DNA of 64,000 nucleotides from Takakia lepidozioides (taxonomy: Eukaryota > Plantae > Bryophyta): positions 6,324,001 to 6,388,000 of the forward strand of contig CM060732.1 in assembly GCA_030704615.1 (NCBI GenBank). The letters are read 5' to 3'. The position numbers and the translations under genes were made by a program. Below the pieces are notes generated by a model that saw only the letters and a list, made by a program, of their open reading frames with translations, was not told where the DNA came from and ran no database searches. Positions 1 through 11,064 of this stretch are shown one piece after another (position 1 is the first letter of the stretch; each line of letters begins with the position of its first letter).

Positions 1-1219
1 ACAAGGTAGAGGCTGTTCACACAATTCCATGTGCGCAAAACTTCAAACCCTGAAGACTTGAGGTATGATGCCAATGCCCGACGACTATCATTGTCACATG
101 ACTGAAAAAGCAGAAGTGTCCCTGCATCAGAGAGGAAATTGTTACAGAACCCGAATACCCAACTCCAGTAGTTGTCCTCGAATTTGTTCCACCCTGGCGT
201 CTTGCCCTTTGGAAGAACTTCTGGCACAGCCTGGCCATCCGGATGTCGAGAATGACAATGTCGGCCGCATAAGTTTTCTGCACACCGCACACGAAGGTGG
301 GACCTGTGCTCACCTGCAACAGACATGTTTTTTATAAGAACGATTGCAAGAATGTTTTCAAAGAACGAGACTGAAATACTGCCAACGAAACATTCAGAGA
401 AAAGGAAAGAAACTGGAATTCTCACCAGATTGAGGAATGAGATTATATTGTCCCAGGTAGGGGATGGCACCCCAGTGTATCCTCTCTTTCGACTCTGCAT
501 CATCGAAAGCCAACCCTCATTAACAATTTTCATCTCTCCTGCTGAATCAGAACGGGAAGGGTGTGGCTTGGCATCGAACACGCACTGAAGAGTGCGGGTA
601 TATCTTCCAGCACTAAAGTCCTGCCCACTCTCCATCTCCTTTTCATTCTCCTTCCCCTTGTCCTTTTCCTTCTCTTTGGACTTGTCTTTGTCCTTTGGCT
701 TTGCTGGTGAGATGGCTATGACATCAACAGCCTTCCTGTCTTTTGGTTTGCGGCCCGCCTTCTTTCCCTTCTGCGGCGTTCCCTGAGCATCAGGCTCCTT
801 GGCAGCCAAGGTTGCTATGTTTCGTTGATACTCTTCGTCAGTCAAAGGCGCCAGCATCTCAGCGTTATTGTTCAAGTATTTCATATGCTGTTCTTGAAAG
901 GTCGTGTGCTCAGGTGGGCAGTCAAGGTACCACCCACAGTCTCTGAAGTGAGAAGGACTCCAGTCCTTCAATATCCCTGCAGTATACATGGTTGGATCGT
1001 TTGCAGGGTCCGACCACATGTCAAGATAGTCGGGAATTCCGCTCAGGTGATTTCCTTCCATAAGCACATATTTCGTGTACCTGAAAAGGAGATGAATCCC
1101 AACCCACAAAAGCGCTCAGTGAGTAAGATGCAAGTAGAACAGAAAGAATAAAACATGGATTGAAATGGCTCTGACAACTGCTCCAAGGACCTTTCAGGAC
1201 CACACTACTGCTCCAGATA

Positions 1220-1943
1220 TGAATGTCGTCAACGCCATTCAGAACATTCCATTCCATGACACTGTAAATACACCCTAATCCAGGTGAATGCAAATAAGCG
1301 ATTAGAAATGACACAGACATAGAAGTGAATGTCGTCAACGACATTCAAGAATGAAGCCAAATTATTACTGAAATGAAGCAAAATCACAGGATGGAAATAA
1401 AAAAATTGAGTAAGGAACCATCCAGGAAAAACTCAATGCACATTCATAACGAACCTATCACTGAGGACCTCACAACATCACTGTATGTGAATGGCGTCAA
1501 CGCCATTCACAAAAATACAAAAAAGAAACCAATTACTTAGCTCCCCAATCCATGAAAATTGAATTTGTCGCTTTTGAATAATACAGACACAGCTGTGAAT
1601 GTCGTCAACGACATTCACTTTGGATTTCTTAAAACAGAGCTTATCAAGCCTCCATATTCATCGCAAGAGGAAAAAACAATGCAGAACAACTGAATGTCTG
1701 CATTGACATTCAGCAAAATGAAGTGATCAACCCTCATTGTAACCTCTATGGACATTACAAAAATTTAAATAACCTTGAGGACCACACAACAACTCCGTAT
1801 GTGAATGTCGTCAACGCCATTCAAGGACATTATCAATTCTAATCAGGGACAATATAATTGCACCTTAGATCCTAACCAGGTGAATTCATATACTCGCTTA
1901 AGAATGACTCAGACAAAGAAGTGAATGTCGTCAACGACATTCA
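1220..1943. repeat. Intronic array of seven 22-bp palindromes, consensus TGAATGTCGT-CA-ACGACATTCA
   Basis: Copies start at 1220, 1326, 1488, 1596, 1691 (variant centre), 1802 and 1922, spaced 95-162 bp apart. Flanks show a diverged two-unit higher-order repeat. Confidence 0.95.
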
Positions 1944-3791
1944 ATCTGGATCTAAGATTGCAATCCATATGAAGCCACAATTTTTCCCAAAAAAACAGTA
2001 GAGTTTCAAGTATGACATTTCACCTGTACACAACTCGCATCATGGCCCACTCTCCTCCAACCTGACTGTCAAAGTCGTTGGACCGTTAAAATGTTACCAT
2101 CTTTGGAGAACTCCCGGAAAAAACAGTATCTCCAGGTGAGACCTCTCCACTTCCTTATATATGCCTCCAATGACATTTGGGGAGGGGAAACAATCGCAAT
2201 GTTCAGGTCCTTCAAAGTCTGATCCAGCACAATGACGGCGCGCTTTTCGAGCTGCAAATAGATATTTGTCAGAATTGCAAAAAGAAACACATCACATACT
2301 TGAAGAGAAGAAACAGCATGTTCGAATACACACCTGACTCCAAAATGTAGCCTTGTGGAGCCAGTTATCAAACACCAAATCACTGATTCCTTCCACCTTT
2401 GTGCCAGGCTGTATGGTGCTCTTTGGGAACTGATTCAAGTCCTTTACTGTTTGATCTGAGTTCCATATCTCCAGCCACCTTATTTTTGTTTGTGGGTCGA
2501 CCATCGATATGGCCAGCCGGTGCAATTTCTCCTGCTGCATCTCCGGATGCACATGCTTGTCATAGTGTGTTTTGATCTGCTGAAGGAACTCAGGACCAAG
2601 TCCAGGATCTACTATTCTAAGCTGCTTTCCGAAGGATCTCAAACTCCTTCTTTATTGCAGCTTCCACACCCTTTGATGTCCTTAGTTCCTCTGGTGTAGT
2701 GCGGTAATATTCGGATTTTCCCTTCTCAGCTGCCTCTGCCAGTTCTTGCTGCATTCATTCAAGTAGTGATTAGCTCCGAAGGGACTCTAAACATGTATTC
2801 GAAAAGTAAACAGATTACAGACTCGGGCTTACCGCATACATGTACTCCAGAAACGCCTCTCGTGTCAAAGAATACCAAGTGCCTGCAGCTCATTCTTGTT
2901 TCGCACTTCTTGATGATATTGGGTGGTAGTACTGTCCGAAAATCATCCAGCTTCATCAGACCAATCCTCTGAATTCGGAATAGTGTGTGAACCAAGCTTG
3001 TTGTCACATGCGATTTCTCTGTCGATCTGCAAAAACATTGAAAACATTGCATTCCTTAACACTGTTTTTTGAGGATCAACAAGATACTACAGAGGGAATC
3101 AAATCTCCTGGATGACTTACTTGTTCACGTCGTGCATAGCTGTAAGAAGCCTAGCATGTCATTTCCTGGATCCAAAACCATTGCCTCCACAGCAACATGC
3201 TTGTCTTTGTCTTTCGAGTGGTGTTTCTGAATGTATCCCATCCATGCCAGCAATCGGTGGTTGCCGTCCCAGACGTAGAACATGTGGTTGCAAAATTGCT
3301 GGGTGTTCTTTCCCATCATGAGGCCTAGCTCGAACTCCTCATTGGCATCTTTCCAGCACTCATCCCAGTTATCACTGATCTCTGGAGAAACTAATGTGCT
3401 TTTCCCATTTATATCCGTCAGTGACACATAAAAAACTTGTGCACCAAGTCTATATCCATGCACAAAATCACTCTCCAATTTTGTTATGTCATGGGAAAGA
3501 GGTGGACGCACAACAGGCATTGATATCATCCGGCACAGAGGTATGTCCAGACGCCCTCCAGATACGAGCATGTCCCTTATAACCTCCTGAGAGTTTACCT
3601 TCTGGAATGACATGAGTTCTTTCACCTTGTCAAGGTAGTGCACTTCGGATTCATCTGCTTCATCTGTATTCTCTGAGCTTTTTGCGGACTCGTCCCCATC
3701 TCCAGATCCTTTCCCCTCTGATCCTGTAGGCTTCGACCTCACAGTTTTCTGCACGATGCCATTCAGTTCTGACTAAGTGATTTGCAAATAG

Positions 3792-4105
3792 TGAATGGCG
3801 GTAACGACAATCACTCTGTATCAAGGAAACTCACCATGAATGGTGTGAAAGAATTCAGCACAATCTACACATGCAAAGCCGAGACTGCCGTATTCAAAAC
3901 AAAAGTGAGAGCGATAGCGAACGGCGTTAACGACAATCACAAAAGATAACAACCTGCCGGATCGGTGTTGTGTAATGACATATATGTGCAACTGATTGGC
4001 GACAACGACATTCAGTGTAGTTTAGGGAGAATAGTAAGTGCAGACTCTCTCTTCAAACACATAGGTACATAAATCTCATGAGCAGAATCGAATGGCGTTA
4101 ACGAC
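3792..4105. repeat. Second intronic cluster of four degenerate copies of the same palindrome
   Basis: TGAATGGCGGTAACGACAATCA at 3792, CGAACGGCGTTAACGACAATCA at 3918, TGATTGGCGACAACGACATTCA at 3993, CGAATGGCGTTAACGAC at 4089. Confidence 0.85.
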
Positions 4106-5342
4106 GCTTGCGATTCAGTAGTTCCTGCTAAAGAATGGAAGAGGAAGGACTCCTTGAAAGGCAATCACACAGACTATATGATAAAACTTACTGGCACCTT
4201 CTTAGGTTTTGAATTTGATCCCCTTCTGCAGCTTTCCTCTTCCCTCTCACATCTGCTGGAGTTTCTGTCTGCGCAAGGGTTTCTTGACCTTCTTCAGGTT
4301 CGGCGTTCCGCGTGCTTCCACCTTCTTCAGTGTCCCTGCGATTCATCTCTGCCTCCACAGGCTGGCGCACTCTTATCGCCGACTGTGTCGCAGCCGCTGC
4401 CTCAGTCTCCGTCTGCTCTTGTGAATCAGTCTCCGCGTTCACCTGCTGCCTTGGCCCTGTGTTCTCCAACAAACGACGCCTCGTCATTTTCTCTCTTGCT
4501 CTGCGTCTCTCTCTAAGGGAAGTAAAATAAAGAGACTTTCTTCTCTTTCGTATTCTAGAAGGAACCCTCTCCAGCTTGACTACCACTCTTCCTCTAAGCG
4601 CGAAAAGTAGAAAAACGCAGTGACTCCCGATTTCTTGCGGGATTGCCTGTGTTCTTGCGTGTCTCTAGAAGCATCGGATTCCCTCCCGCGTGACCGTTAC
4701 ACATAGTCGTTTCGTTATTAGTGCACATGCCAGCAATTGGTGTACAGCTGTTCGTATTCAGTTATGGATGTCTGACGTGTGCCGCCCAAAACAAAACGGC
4801 GTGTTCTAAATTATAACTGGTTCAATATTTAAAAAGAACAGCGAATCCCAGAAATTGATGCGCAGTCTTAAACAAATAAATATAAATGAACGAGAGTTTG
4901 ATGACAAATTTTGGAATATCATACACGGTCATCCTTGTTATCCAAACCCCACATTCGTTGCACATTTGGAACTTTCCAGGTGCGCATTATCATTGGTAGT
5001 AGTATATAGATACATTTACTTAATCTGCAATCCCATTCTCGGATCCTGTGGCATGCTTCCAGGAAGTCGGCTTTGTTATTGGGTTTATTGATGAGGTTCT
5101 GATTAACGGTTTAACAGTTGCCGACACTGCCCCTATGGATTCTCTGACCACTGGGCCCACAAGAAAAGTAATTAAAATGGACAGCTGCATATCTGGAATG
5201 AATAACAGAATATGCACAGTCGTTATCTGAGCTTCCTCCGCCATATGCTCTGCTCATTCTTCAACTGTGTTCTGGAGACAGCAGTAAACCGATTTACACT
5301 AGATCTGCGATAGCAAGGTACAAACATACTCGAGGAAGGAAG

Positions 5343-7780
5343 ATGGCTTCCTCTGAAGCGGAGTTCTTCTCAGACGACAAACCAGTGCCGTTCTCCCAGG
5401 AAGTCCTTGACAATGGATTTGCAATTGTTCTGGAACATGTCTTGGCTACCCGTTTTCAGCTGCAGAATGGCTCCATCTTTTTGGAGAAAGAGGTTTACGA
5501 TCTGAAAGGGAAGTTGGTGAAATATTCTTTCCAAAACCGTGATGAGACGGCTCATATCAGCCAGTGGAGAGTGCGTCCTGGTCGATACAGAGTACTTGGA
5601 GAGCCTCGGCGAAAGTCCCTTGGGTCATATGTGACGCCCGGGACTGCTGCTTCGGTCGTTGAAGACAAGAGGGAGGTGGTGGTGAAAAAAGAACAGACTT
5701 CCTCCACTCCAATCGTTGAGCTTTCGGATTCTTCCGATGATGACATAAGTGAAATTCCAAATCCAGTCCTTCCTACTGTGGTTGCAGAAGCTGATGAAGA
5801 AGAGATTTGTAGTGTCATTCCAAAATTGCGGGCGATGGGAGGAATGGCTGGATTCAAAAGTGAGTTGCGGGGAATTGATTGGGAATCTTTGAAGCAGGTG
5901 CCTGTGAAGTTCTTGCCGGAGACTTTTGATGGCGATATCCTATTCGAGCTGCCTCCTCCTCCGCGAGTTGGAGGTGTAACAATCATGATGCATGGAATGG
6001 ACAAGAAACACGACGGGCACCCGTGGTGCAGAACAAAAACATCCAATATTCAGAATGATGACAAGCTTGTTTTCAGGAGGACAGTTTGCAATGGACACCT
6101 TAGGTGTGATAATTTGAATTGCAGACACTTTCTTCAGTCTGGAGTTCATAATCAAAGCGAATGGGAGGGTCTGGCGGAGAATCCATTTCAGCCTGGGACT
6201 GCCCCTCCACCGGCAAACACTTTCGTCTGCAAATTCTGCAAACTTGTGCCATCCTGCTTGGCGCTCTGCGGAGCAAGAATGACTATGTTGTCCACCGTTT
6301 GAATACAATGACGAGAGCTTGTGTGCATTTTGGATTCCATAACCATCCTGTCTCGAAGGGGGATTACAGGGAGAGTGTTGAGACAGTATCGAGGTTGATC
6401 AAACAGGAGTTCGGGAGAAACCCATCCGCAACAACATCTGCAATTGCTCTTGGCGCAAGCAAGTCCTTCTTGGAAAGCCATATTTTGAGTGAAGGAGATT
6501 CTGTGGGGACTAAACTTGACGGTGCAGCATTGGACCTGGTCATGGATCATTTCTCCACTTTAAGTTCACCTAACATTCGGCATCAGATCAATGCATTGAG
6601 AATGGGCTCTGGGATCAGAGGCTACATAGACAATATTTTGGAATTGAAAGGACTGAGCAAGTACGATTACATCCAGGACAATGTATTCCCAGGTCAAGGT
6701 GCCATCAAAGTTTTTCTTTTCAAAATGTCGACTGTTGGGGAGGGCAGTGGGGTTAGCCTCGTGAAGCGGATGCAGAAGACTGGGGACTTGCAGAACTGTT
6801 TTCTTATGTTTGATCATGTGAAACGAGTGAAGGATTGGACGACAATGGCTTGTCATGTCTACGATCCAGTGTACCAACGAGTTATGACAATTGCAGTTTG
6901 TGACATGCAATCCGAGGATACGGAATCCCAGAAGCTCATGTGGAATTCCCTGATACGTGTCATGGGCTGCCATGGGCTGCCATCTCCAAATTTCGCAGGT
7001 TTCATGGCGGATAGTGCTCAAGCAAATTTCAATGCTATTCGTATTGTCTTCGGATCGGGCGACCCAAAAGTGCCTATGCCAGGAAGAGAGCGTACATGTC
7101 TATTCCATTGGACACAATCTCTGGAAAAACATACAAAGTCGGACATCAAACCAGAGATGCAGACTCAGCACCGTAAATTGTGCAAAGAGTACAAAGATGC
7201 TAGAACAATGAAGGAGGCGGACACTTTGTTCCAGACAATTCGTGCCTGGTGGTTCTCTTCTGGAGCTGCATCACTTGAGAGTATGAGAGCATTGGAAGAT
7301 TGGCTGGCGTTTTGGCACTTCCGGTATAGACAGTGGGGAGCAGCCATGACAATGGTACGAGGTGACTTGTGGCCAACCAAACGAGATGGAAAGCTCGTTC
7401 GGCGTTTCCCTCCAACCGCTGAACACTTTGGCAAAGTGGAGTCCGCAAGAATGCTCCAAGCTCGTGTCGGAAGCACCACGGAAGTACCCGATCCAGGATA
7501 TGGTCGGGTATTCACAATCATCACTTCCACATCTGCTGTTCATGACAGGACCTACGACATCACGGTTTCCAATTTCCCCAATTGCACATGTCCTGATTTT
7601 GTGAATATGCTATCAACCAGTTTGGGCAAGAGAGGTAAATTCATACCCTGCAAACATTTGTATTTCATATTTTTGAGGAGGATGGTTTGCGATCCCAAAC
7701 GTGACAACTTCATTCACCAGGCCACTATGAGTTTCAACGAGGTCGATACTCTTTTGCAGCGGGATACAACACATGGGTAG
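5343..7780 (+). pseudogene. Mutator-like (MULE) transposase copy 1: GCM/WRKY-like Zn DBD, DDE core, SWIM; frameshifted and internally deleted
   Basis: DGHPWCRT...CNGHLRC..C...CKFC...HFGFHNHP (GCM-like); FDHVKRV, FMADSAQA, CLFHW (MULE D, D, CxxH); CTCPDF..PCKH (SWIM). A 1-nt deletion near 6281 (atgac versus atgtac in copy 2) splits ORFs 5343-6302 and 6161-7780. Confidence 0.85.
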
Positions 7781-8185
7781 CATGAACTATGTAATGTGGT
7801 ATGTGGATGACCATGATTTGAAATGTGTAATTCACATCAATTCGTCGACTGTGCAATGATATGGCCTCCAACTATACGGAGTGAGGTCTGAGTGACAACT
7901 TTTAGGTAGTGCACATTTGTCATTGCACCGTTCGAAGTCTACATGTCTTGCTGTCGCTATGCACTACAATCATCTTTTGAAGATGATCATAACTCTCATT
8001 GTTATTTGAGGAGGGAGGAAGTCTTCTCGTGGCAGCCTTTATGGCGCACACTTTGTGAGGATATTTTGTCGTCTTCGTAATTGTAAAAGTGAAACAAACA
8101 TTTGTAATTGCACAATGTTGGATGCTGCAATTGTAGGCCTCAACGCTCGTCTTGATTCTATTTAGGCAAGATTCCCTGCATTAAT

Positions 8186-8420
8186 TCCACGGTCATAGGA
8201 CCATCCACGGTTATAGGCGGCGCATGTTAATGCTGACGTGGCAGTTGACGGACAGTGCCACGTCATCATTTACCGCCACATCAGCATGCTGACATGACGC
8301 TCACGCCACGTCAGCATGTGTGCAGGCTCACGCCACGTCAGCTGGCGTGAGCGTACGCTCACGCCACGTCACTCCTGCGTGAGCGTACGCTCGCGCGCTC
8401 ACGTGCAACGCTCACGCCAT
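8186..8420. repeat. Clustered GCCACGTCA / GCTCACGC short repeats, probably transposon subterminal
   Basis: Several gccacgtca/tgacgtggc and gcgtgagcgtacgctcacgc motifs in both orientations; CCACGGTYATAGG at 8187 and 8205. Confidence 0.7.
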
Positions 8421-8900
8421 TGCGTCGTTGGTCGGACTGCTTGACATTCCACATTCGGGAAGGAGAAAGTGGCAATTATATTACATTCATCTTCTTGCAC
8501 CCTATTCTTTTGTGAGGAATTATACACTTGGTGGTGCCGCATCGCCATGGCTACATGTGAATTTCGTCCACCTTTATGAGAAGACTCCAATTTGCTACAA
8601 ATACATTGTTACTGTTCTGCAAATGTGATGCCTTTACAAGATTCCTAGTTCTGTGTCCCAGTGGGAAGGGTCCTACTGCACATTCCAGCATTTGCATACT
8701 GCACCTTGTGCAAACAACAATCCATACGACAAAGGACACGTCCCAGCATACTGGCAGTGAATTGCAAATAACATTAACAGAAGATTATCGAAGCCTGTAT
8801 ATTCCCCATATGGCACAGGGAAGCTGCTTGATTTCTGAATGAAAATGTATGTGCCATGAGTGTTAGCAAGTTGAAACATGTCTACTCTAGCATGCAAGAC

Positions 8901-9500
8901 CTATGGTCCCCTCGCCCAAGAAGAAGGAACTCGAACTGGCCTCTCAAGGACCTCCTCAGTGACCGGGTGCCTATATTTGAACAAAATGTCAGTGGTTTCT
9001 GTCGCCCGGTTGAAACTAACGAGGATGTCGTGTTTATCGATAGCGCCCCCTTGGTAGAAGGACATTTTCACAGTGGGCCCTGTGTTCCCCTCCTCCTCAT
9101 CCTCATAACTGAAGAGAATGTCCCCACTTTCCGAGCCAGTCCGTCCACGCGTAAAGTTTTCACCTATGCACTCATCATACGTCCACTCGCAACAATTCCA
9201 GCGATACAGCAACGCTGTGCGTGATCTGTTCGGCTCCCACACATGCGGAAAGTCCAGGTCCATGATGCGTAGGAACCACCTGCTCCCCAGCCGGGGTCCA
9301 GGAGAATCGTGCAATCCTGGAAGAAACTCCATTGCTCTCAGCTGGACAAGTCGAGGATCGTCCCTGTAAACATCCAGGAAGCCAATGATGTCGTCTGCTT
9401 TCGGGAAAATGACTCCCGTCTGGCGTCGATAGATGTGATTCGGGCACGACATGGCCTCACGACACAGCACGAACTCAAAGCAGGGAGGAGATGGGCACAA
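8901..9500 (-). CDS. Orphan ORF of up to 199 aa, unknown product
   Basis: Uninterrupted frame with globular-looking composition; no motif recognised; start codon uncertain. Confidence 0.35.
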   Translation of the reverse strand: MCPSPPCFEFVLCREAMSCPNHIYRRQTGVIFPKADDIIGFLDVYRDDPRLVQLRAMEFLPGLHDSPGPRLGSRWFLRIMDLDFPHVWEPNRSRTALLYRWNCCEWTYDECIGENFTRGRTGSESGDILFSYEDEEEGNTGPTVKMSFYQGGAIDKHDILVSFNRATETTDILFKYRHPVTEEVLERPVRVPSSWARGP

Positions 9501-9572
9501 CAGAGAAGAGTGAAGAGCAAAATGAGAGCAAGGCCTCCCTCACCGTAAGGCGGGTATTTGCTCTCCGACGCC

Positions 9573-9910
9573 CAATTTCGGCGCCGTTATTACATGGAGT
9601 GCGGAAGCTTCAGCCGAGAATTTTGTTTCCGCAGGTCAATTTCGGCGCCGTTATTGGTTGCAATCCCCAGCCTTCAGCCGGGTATTTGGTTTCCGGACCC
9701 AATTTCGGCGCCGTTATCGGCTGCACTCCGGTGGCTTCAGCCGAGTATTTGGTTTCCGGGGCCCATTTCGGCGCCGTTATCGCCTGCACTCCGGAGGATG
9801 CAGCCGGGTATTTGGTTGGCAGAGCCCAATTACTTTCACCGTTGTTGGCTTCACTCCCGAGCCTTCAGCGCGCTATTTCTTTTCCTGCGCCCAATTACGG
9901 CGTCGTTATA
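9573..9910. repeat. Tandem repeat, ~6 units of 63-65 bp, core CAATTTCGGCGCCGTTAT
   Basis: Cores at 9573, 9637, 9700, 9763, 9827 (degenerate) and 9892; an isolated extra core near 10024. Confidence 0.9.
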
Positions 9911-10079
9911 CCCAACCATCCTGCACTTCTGCAATAGTACTATCCACGGTTATAGGTCGCCATTGCGTTTTCGGAGTCTGCAAACCCGGATCCTAATTCC
10001 GCTTGCGTCTCTGCCTCTGGGATAATTTCGGTGCCGTTATTGCCCAGAATTCTGTTATTCTATGACCTGGCCTGGCGGT

Positions 10080-10266
10080 CCATGAGCCTGGGCTCCAAGT
10101 TATGAGCGTACACTGGTACTCATGAGCGGAGTGCTTCCAGCATGAGCGCGGAAATCTTCGATTTTTGATTATTTTATAGTTTTTGGCCCGAAAAAAATCT
10201 GCCGAAATTCGAAGTGTGTTACTTTGCGGCTCATGGGTTAGCCATGCCCGCTCATGAGCTCATGGA
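10080..10266. repeat. Cluster of CATGAGC/GCTCATG motifs
   Basis: About seven copies in both orientations, including gctcatgagctcatg. Confidence 0.6.
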
Positions 10267-10499
10267 ATAGCAACCCCCGGTGGTCGGAGGACCTCTGTCG
10301 GGATGCTTAGGCCTGTATTCTGTTCCAAGTTGTAGGCTTTGAAAGACAAGGATATTCATGGAATTAGTTGACTGTCCATATTCATTTGTTTTCTTCATAT
10401 AACCATGACACTGAACTGCTCTTGTTACATATTATACATTCACACATTTGCTCTTCTCATACACTGACATCTTGAACTGTTTTGGTCTATGGAATTAGG

Positions 10500-10988
10500 A
10501 AATTACTACTACAACTGAAGCTGTGGAGGCTGGGACGCTTGCAACCATTATTGACGACATTGATGCAGGGAATTGGGGGGCAGAGGAGTATGAAGAGGAT
10601 ACAACATCTAGTGATCCTCTAGATGCCAAACAGGCAATTATTCTGGAAAAGAAAAAAGATCTGAATGTAACTTTCAGGTCCCTCCTCATTGAGGATGGAG
10701 TTATGGACATTCCATTGTGTCGCATGATGTCTATGCAGGTTGTTAGGCCTGCCCTTGCCAACGACATCCTAAAGCTTAGAGGAGACTTCTACTCTGGATA
10801 CCATCCAGGAGCAGCCGTGTTTTATGTTTCTGTTGAGGGGATTGATGGATCTACTCTAGATGTGGGTCCTGATATCATCTCTACATGGGATAATCATTGG
10901 AAAACAGTCAATGATGAGTTTGAGAAGTATCTTGAGTCCAAGCCAAAGTTGCATCATCTTCGGGGGAAGATGTTTCATGTCTGGGATG
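10500..10988 (+). pseudogene. 5' part of ParB-like/MTase gene copy 2, broken at the WDG motif
   Basis: MDIPLCRMMSMQVVRPALANDILKL...KMFHVWDG aligns with copy 1 LDIPLCRMISMPVVRPP...HMFYVWDG; similarity stops abruptly at ~10990. Confidence 0.9.
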
Positions 10989-11064
10989 GGGGCACCGAGT
11001 CAGCAACAGCAAGACAGAAATTCCAATTTGGAATTACTACTAGCACAACAAGTTTTAGATACAA

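Larger units (their letters stand above)
1..4490 (-). pseudogene. Multi-exon ParB/Srx-like domain + amino-methyltransferase gene, copy 1 (3' end runs off the window start; frameshifted)
   Basis: Exon ~3772-3121 encodes LDIPLCRMISMPVVRPP...FYVWDGNHRLLAW. GT-AG introns inferred at about 4191-3773, 3120-3027, 2023-1081 and 425-314. Exon 313-1, after a 1-nt frameshift near 243, reads ADIVILDI(P)DGQAVPEVLPKGKTPGWNKFEDNYWSWVFGFCNNFLSDAGTLLLFQ, colinear with the MTase motif-IV region of copy 2. Confidence 0.8.

Noticed and set aside
1220-1943. CRISPR array (palindromic repeats with spacers)
   Set aside because: Intervals of 95-162 bp are too long and irregular, spacers are related to each other, there are no cas genes, and the array sits in a spliceosomal intron.
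1-4490. Prophage or bacterial contamination as the source of the ParB-MTase
   Set aside because: Both copies have GT-AG introns, several at matching positions, and are interleaved with plant transposons.
6161-6302. Programmed frameshift between the two transposase ORFs
   Set aside because: Copy 2 reads through in frame (GARMYYV), so a simple 1-nt deletion explains it.
9491-10025. Protein with 21-aa repeats (NFGAVIGC..)
   Set aside because: All three plus frames are open and unit lengths vary 63-65 bp, as expected for a non-coding GC-rich repeat; not fully excluded.
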